Below, piece by piece: positions 34,085-40,937 of a stretch of 40,937 nt of DNA. The stretch is from Chiloscyllium plagiosum (taxonomy: Eukaryota), in NCBI RefSeq assembly GCF_004010195.1, contig NC_057720.1, forward strand, positions 25,645,007-25,685,943. The letters run 5' to 3'. A model generated the notes under the pieces. That model saw nothing but the letters and a program-made list of their open reading frames with translations. It made no database searches and was not told where the DNA came from. Position 1 is the first letter of the stretch; every line of letters starts with the position of its first letter. The translations under genes and the position numbers were made by a program.

Positions 34085-36590
34085 TATTATCAAAGGTATC
34101 CTGGACTCAACGGGGTGCATCAGAGGTTATTAAAAAAAATGCTACACAGATAATGAATGCACTGGTAGTGCTTAGATTGTGGAAAAATTCCAGAAGATTG
34201 GAAAATTCCCAATTAATTAACTTTGTTATAAAGGGGAAGGAGGCAGAAAACAGGTAACAGTACACTAATTAGCTTAATTTTTATTGTAAAAACTGTATTA
34301 GCAGAGCATTTAGAAATATCAAAATATGATCATGTTGCAAAAACAAGGGAAATCATGCCTGACAAATTTACTAGAAATCTTTGCGGAGGTAACAGACGAA
34401 TAGATAAAGGAGGTGCAATGGATATAATACATTTGGATTTTCAGAAGGCTTTTGGTAAAGTACCACACATTAGACTACTTAATAAGATAAGAATATATAA
34501 ACGTGGATAGAGAGTTGGCTAACTAACGCAAACCACAGAGTTGTGAGAAGGAGGGCATTTTCAGAATAGCAACCTGTAACTAGTGGAGTGTCACAGGGAT
34601 CAGTGCTGGGGCCACAATTATTTACAATATGTATAAATGACTTGGAGGAGAAAAGCGAATGTGCTACAACCGAGTATGTGATGACAAAAACAGCTGGGGA
34701 TACAAGTGGTGCGGGTGAAACAAAAGTCTGCCGAGGGATAATGACAGATTAAACAAATGGGCAAAACCTGGGCAGATGGAATATAATGTGGGAAATTGTG
34801 AAGTTGCACAATTTATCAGGAAGAATAGAGGCACTGAATATTATCAAAATGGAGAAAGACTGCAGAAAGCTGCATAACAGAGGGATTTTGGTGTCCTCAT
34901 GCTTGAATCCCAGATAACGAACATATAAGTTCAACAAGTAAGTAGAAAGGCAAATGGAATGTCGACCTTTATTTCAAAGGAAATGGAATATAAAAGTAAG
35001 GAGGTTTTGCTAAACTGTACAAGGCACTTGTCAGACCACAGCTGGAATACTGTGGACGTAAGATGGGCACTGGAGGCAGCCCATAGAAGGTCCACTAGGC
35101 TAATACTGGGTATGGAGAGGCTACCTTATGAGGAGATGTTGAGTAGGTTGGGCCTGAATTTATTGCAATTTATAAAAATGAGATGAGGCCTTATTGAAAC
35201 ACAGGAGGTTTTTCGGGGATTTGACATGTCTCACAAACTTGATTGAGTTTTTTGAAGAAGTAACAAAGAAGATTGATGAGGGCAGAGCAGTAGATGTGAT
35301 CTATATGGACTTCAGTAAGGCTTTCGACAAGATTCCCCATGGGAGATTGATTAGCAAGGTTAGATCTCATGGAATACAGAGAGAACTAGCCATTTGGATA
35401 CAGAACTGGCTGAAAGGTAGAAGACAGAGATTGGTGGTGGAGGGTTGTTTTTCAGACTGGAGGCCTGTGACCAGTGGAGTTCCCCAAAGATCAGTGCTGG
35501 GTCCTCTACTTTTTGTCATTTACACAAAAAGTATAAAAGATTTGGATGCGAGCATAAGAGGTACAATTAGTAAGTTTGCAGATGACACCAAAATTGGAGT
35601 GTAGTGGACAGCGAAGAGGGTACCTCAGATTACAATGGGATCTTGATCAGATGAGCCAATGGGCTGAGACGTGGCAGATGGAGTTTAATTCGGATAAATG
35701 TGAGGTGCTGCATCTTGGGAAAGCAAATCTTAGCAGGACTTATACACTTAATGGCAAGGTCCTGGGGAGTGTTGCTGAACAAAGACACCTTGGAGTGCAG
35801 GTTCATAGCTCCTTGAAAATGAAGTCGCAGGTAGATAGGATAGTGAAGAAGGAGTTTGGTATGCTTTCCTTTATTGGTCAGAGTATTGAGTACAGGAGTT
35901 GGGAGGTCATGTTGCGGCTGTACAGGGCATTACTTAGGCCACTGTTGCAATATTGCGTGCAATTCTGGTCTACTTCCTATCGGAAAGATGTTGTGAAACT
36001 TGAAAGGGTTCTTTTCAAGCAGAGGGTGGTACATGTATGGAATGAGCTGCCAGAGGATGTGGTGGAGGCTGGTACAATTTCAGCATTTAAAAGGCATTTG
36101 AATGGGTATATGAATAGGAAGAATTTGGAAGGATATGGGCCGGGTGCTGGCAGGTGGGACTAGATTGGGTTGGGATATCTGGTCAGCATGGACAGGTTGG
36201 ACCGAAGGGTCTGTTTCCATGCTGTACATCTCTATGACTGTATGACAGGGAAGATGTGCAAAGGTTGTTTCCCCTTGTGAGATAAGTCTGGACCAAACAG
36301 CACAATCTCAAAATAAAAGGTTGCAGAGAGATGAAGGGGAATTTCTTCTCTCAGGGCACAATAAATCTGTAGAGCTCTTTACTGCAGAAGGCTGTTGAGG
36401 CTGGGTCATCAGTATATTCATGGTTGAGATAGGCAGCTTTTTAATCAGTAAGGGAACTAAGGGTTATGGTGAAAAGGCAAAAAAAGTGCAGTTGAGAGTT
36501 GTCAGACCAGCCATGATCTCATTTAATGGTAGGGCAGACTCAGTGGGCTGAATGGCCTACCTCTAGTCCTACATCATATAGTCTTACCTT
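34085..36590 (+). mobile_element. Old CR1 (34085-35226 and 36243-36590) interrupted by a younger CR1
   Basis: CLTNLLE, YLDFQKAFGKVPH and SGVSQGSVLGPQLF remnants; the sequence resumes after 36243 with the CR1 C-terminus and tail. Confidence 0.85.
35227..36242 (+). mobile_element. Younger 5'-truncated CR1 with an internal deletion near 36010
   Basis: ORFs [32 protein letters not shown] and WAETWQMEFN..YRKDVVKLERV joined directly to FKQRVVHVWN; tail ctctatgactgtatga; tgaca at both junctions. Confidence 0.95.
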
Positions 36591-37134
36591 TTATTCTTGC
36601 AAACGTTGTTGATATAACCATTTCAAAACAACTTTCCTTGTATTTTCCTTTTAAGATATTTTCTACAATATCTAAATTAAAGTTCAAATCATTCCAAATG
36701 TTTCAGAATTACCCTCACCTGTTTTGTTCTAAATGCTGTCTTAAAGTTTTTAAATGCTTGAAAATAAAAAAAAAAGTACTGTGTTGAGTATTTTCTCCCA
36801 AGGTGGAGAACAGATAGTGGTTCTGCACATTTTTCTCTTCGACTCAGTGATTTTCATGGCTTTTCTTGCCTTAGATGAATTACACGCTTTCTGCTTCGTC
36901 TCTAAGCTTTTTGCACTGTGTTACATTGATAAAAATGTTAACACTTCTTAGAGAAATATTCTTGGGTTGAGCAAAAAAATTTGTTTTTGCCTTGAAACGC
37001 TGCTTTATAATAAGGTCTTCTTCTGTCTTCAGGTTTTCCCATCCTCAATGGTAACATCGCACTGTAATGAGTATCTGAGTTAATGAGTATCTCTTTTTAC
37101 ATGGATTTTAACAATGGGTTTTCTGTAGAATTTC

Positions 37135-37405
37135 TACAGAATCCATACAGTGTGAAACATGCCATCAGCCCAAAAGGTCCACACCAACCCTTCGAAAAGT
37201 AAACCACCCAGACCCATTCACCTAAATTTCCACCTGACTAATGCACCTAACCTACACACTCCTGAAAACTATGGGCAATTTAGCATGGCCAATTCACCTA
37301 ACCTGCACATGTTTGGATTGTGGGAGAAAGCCAGAGCACCTGGAGGAGAATGTACAAACACCACACTGACAGTCGGCCGAGGTTGGATTTGAACCCGGGT
37401 CCCTG
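37135..37405 (-). mobile_element. HE1-type V-SINE, head truncated
   Basis: Reverse complement of 12100-12355, including the B box (37385-37396) and catggccaattcacctaacctgcac. Confidence 0.88.
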
Positions 37406-37699
37406 CTTGTTTGTTTCATATTGTGGTTTAAAATTTCTATTAGCTTCTCAGCCCAGACCTTTCTTTTCAAATGTAACATTTTTCAACTTTCTTCCAGCGG
37501 GTGTAACTCATATGCAGTATCCAATATTGATGGATGTCTAGCAGGATGAAATTTGGATTTCCCTGCCGATGGATTTGGTATGACATTGCTTGATCTTCAA
37601 CAGATTTTTAAATATTTTTCACTGTTTATCGCTTCTGTCAGTTTTTACAGGCTGCAATGATTGCATTCATTGGCTGCTTTGGCTCTCAGAGCTTTTTTT

Positions 37700-37908
37700 T
37701 TAATGACTTTGGTAAAGCCACATTTAGAATATTGCATTCAGTCCTGGGCGCCACATTACAGGAAGGTTCTGGTGGCTTTGGAAAGGGTGCAAAAGAGATT
37801 TACCAGAATGCTGCCTGGATTAGAGCTATAAGGAGAGGCTAGAAAAACTTTCTCTCAAGTAGTGGAGGATGAGGGGAGACTTGATAGAAATCTATAAAAT
37901 TATGAGAT
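37700..37908 (+). mobile_element. CR1 ORF2 C-terminal fragment
   Basis: PHLEYCIQSWAPHYRK..LERVQKRFTRML..MRGDLIEIYKIMR. Confidence 0.85.
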
Positions 37909-40482
37909 GCAAAGTTGTTGGGAGCGAACGAGACTCACAGTTGGTGTGTTGCCTCCCAGGTGCCAGGGTCCATGATGTCTCGGATCGTATCTTTGGGGTT
38001 CTGAAGGGAGAGGGTGACCAGCCTCAAGTCGTTGTCCATGCAGGTAACAATGACATAGGTAGAAGGAGGGATAGTGATGTAAGACAGGATTTCAGGGAGC
38101 TAGGGTGATAGCTGAGAGCTAGAACAAACAGAGTTGGTATCTCTAGTTTGTTACCTGTGCCACGTGATAACAAGGCAAGAAATAGGGAGGGATATCAGCT
38201 GAACATGTGGCTGCGAGGATGGTGCAGGAGGGAGGGTTTCAGGTTCTTGGATAATTGGGGCTTATTCTGGGGAAGGTGGGATCTTTATAAACAGGACGGT
38301 CTTCACTTGAACCAGAGGGATAATAATATCCTGGGTGGGAAATTTGCTTGTGCTATTCGGGTGGGTTTAAACTAGCTCAGCAGGGGGATGGGAACCATAG
38401 GTGTAATTACAGTGCACAGGAGGATGAGAATAGGAATGACAGGAGCAGGATTTCAGGGTCACAGGAATGTGATGGCAGACAGCGAAGTGGTTTGAAGTGT
38501 GCTTACTTCAACGCCAGAATTATCTGAAATAAGGTAGGTGAGCTTGCAGCATGGATAGGTACCTGGGACTTCGATGTTGTGGCTATTTCGGAGACAAGGA
38601 TAGAGCAGGGTGAGGAATGGATGTTGCAGGTTCCAGGGTTTAGATCTTTCATTAAGAACAGGCAAGGCGGTAAAAGAGGGGGAGGTGTGGCCTTGTTAGT
38701 CAAGGATAGTATAATGGTGGCTAAGAGAACTTTTGATGAGGACTTGTCTATTGAGGTAGTGTGGACTGAGGTTAGAAACAGGAGAGGAGAGGCCATACTG
38801 CTTGGAGTTTTTTATAGGCTCCACAGAGTTCCAGGGAGGTGGAAGAGAGGATTAGCAAAATTATTCTGGGTAGGAGTGAAAGGAACAGGATGGTCATTAT
38901 GGGGGTCTTTAACTTCCCTAACATTGACTGGAAATGCTATAACTCCAGTACGTCTTATGGATCAGTTTTTGTCCAATGTGTACAGGAAGGTTTCCTGACA
39001 CAGTATGTCGAAGGGCCGACAAGAGGGGAGGACACACTGGATCTGGTGTTTGGTAATGAACCAGGCCAGTTGTTTGATTTAGTTGTAGGTGAGCACTTTG
39101 GAGAGAGTGACCATAATTCAGTTACGTTTAGTTTAGCGATGGAAAGGTATAGGCATATGCCACAGGTCAAGAGTTATTGATGGGGCAAGGGCAATTATAA
39201 TGCAATTAGGCAAGAATTAGCATGCATAGAATAGGGTAGCAAAATGCAGGGGATGCAGACAATGGAAATGTGGAGCTGGTTTAAGGAACAGACATTGCGT
39301 GTCCTTGATAGGTATGTCCCTGTCAGGCGGGGAGAAAGTGATAAGGTAAAAGAACCATGGTTAACATTAGAAATTGCATCTCTTGTTACGAAGAAGAAGG
39401 AGGCTTATGTGCTGATGAGGTAAGATGGTTCAGATGAGGTGATGGATTTAAAGAGAGAGCTAAGAAGAGCAAAGAGAGGACATGAGCAGTCTTTAGCAAA
39501 TAGAATAAAGGAGAACCCTAAAGCTTTCTACAGGTATGTGATAGATAAAAGGATGATTAGGGCAGGAATAGGGCCAATCAAAGACAGAAATAGGAAATTG
39601 AGTGTGGACCCTGTGGAGATCAGAGAGGTGCTAAAAGAACAGTTCTCATCAGTTTTCACTCAGGAAAAGGAGAACATTGTTGAGGAGAAGAATGAGGGAT
39701 GAGATATTAGACTAGAAAGGATCGAGGTTAGTTACAAACAGGTGTTATCAGTTCTAGAAGGAGTGAAAGTAGATAAGTCCCCTGGGCCAGATGGGATTTA
39801 TCCAAGGATTCTCTGGGAAACTAGGGACGAGATAGCAGAGCCTTTGGCTTTGATATTTGAATCTTCAGGTTTGGTACCAGAGGACTGGAGGATTGCAAAT
39901 GTGCCCTTCTTTAAGAAGGGGAGTAGAGATGACCCAGGTAATTATAGACCAGTGAGCCTTACTTCTGTTGTAGGAAAGGTTTTGGAAAGAATTATAAGAG
40001 ATAAGATTTATAATCATCTAGCAAGCAACAATTTGATTTCAGATAGTCAACATGGTTTCGTCAAGGGCAGATCGTGTTTCACAAACCTCATTGAGTTTTT
40101 TGAGAAGGTGACCAAGCATGTAGATGAGGATAGGACAGTTGATGTGGTATACATGGACATCAGTAAAGCTTTTGATAAGGTTCCACATGGTAGACTGTTG
40201 GAGAAAATGCAGAGGCATGGAATTGAGGGTGATTTAGCAGTTTGGATTAGAAACTGGCTTTCTGAAAGAAGGCAGCGAGTGGTGGTTGATGGAAAATATT
40301 CAGCCTGGAGTCCGATTACTAGTGGTGTGCCACAAGGGTCTGTTTTGGGATTACTGCTGTTTGTCATTTTTATAAATGACTTAAATGCAGGCATAGGTGG
40401 ATGGATTAGTAAATTTGCAGATGACACTAAGGTCGGTGGAGTAGTGGACAGTGTGGAAGAATGTTACAGGTTGCAGGGGGAC
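37909..40482 (+). mobile_element. CR1 LINE: ORF1 SGNH esterase remnant (37909-38375) and ORF2 APE-RT (from ~38490), 3' end cut off
   Basis: VCCLPGARVHDV..VVVHAGNNDIG and DGLHLN (SGNH blocks); AISET, GGGVALLVK, FNFPNIDW, LDLVF, GESDHN (APE); KSPGPDGIYPR..QHGFVKGRSC..KFADDTKVGG (RT). Confidence 0.97.
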
Positions 40483-40937
40483 AATAGACAATAGACAATA
40501 GAAAATAGGTGCAGGAGTAGGCCAGTCAGCCCTTCGCGCCTGCACCACCATTCAATATAATCATGGCTGATCATTCCTAATCAGTATCCTGTTCCTGCCT
40601 TATCTCCATAACCCTTCATTCCACTATCTTTGAGAGCTCTATCCAACTCTTTCTTAAATGAATCCAGAGAGAGGGCCTCCACTGCCCTCTGGGACAGAGC
40701 ATTCCACACAGCCACCACTCTCTGGGTCAAGAAGTTTCTCCTGAGCTCTGTTCTAAATGGTCTACCCCATATTTTTAAGCTGTGTCCTCTGGTTCGGCAC
40801 TCACCCATCAGTGGTAATATGTTTCCTACTGCCAGAGTGTCCAATTATTTCATAATCTTATACGTCTCAATCAGATCCCCTCTCAATCTTCGAAACTCAA
40901 GGGTATACAAGCCCAGTCGCTTCAGTCTTTCAGTGTA
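40483..40937 (-). mobile_element. CR1 3' end, running off the window
   Basis: Minus ORF CRTRGHSLKIWGRPFRTELRRNFLTQRVVAVWNAL; (aatagac)n tail at 40483-40508. Confidence 0.93.

Noticed and set aside
39742..40494. Functional reverse transcriptase gene
   Set aside because: Part of a CR1 with upstream stops and frameshifts, truncated by an opposite-strand CR1.

Overview
AT-rich vertebrate genomic DNA dominated by transposable elements. The repeat content (HE1-type V-SINE, SacSINE1-like DeuSINE, many CR1 LINEs, Tx1, Penelope-like elements) indicates a shark or other elasmobranch. No intact protein-coding gene, rRNA, tRNA gene or CRISPR array can be supported. Elements recognised: about 15 CR1 fragments (two of them 2.6-2.8 kb), a second LINE family, a Tx1 3' fragment inside an LTR-like remnant, three Penelope-like elements with GIY-YIG remnants, many short Penelope-terminal-repeat insertions carrying degenerate minimal hammerhead-ribozyme cores (several are fold-back hairpins with 12-18 bp TSDs), a decayed Harbinger transposase, two Tc1/mariner-type MITEs, and a LINE-like element carrying a ~0.9 kb 33-bp minisatellite. 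Two observations stand out. (1) The non-repetitive DNA of the first ~12 kb reads as one long, apparently intronless, decayed + strand reading frame of unknown family; its frame is restored when a Penelope insertion is removed. (2) One short element folds back exactly on hammerhead stem II. Boundaries of old repeats are approximate (tens of bp). Family names come from motif recognition, not from database searches.
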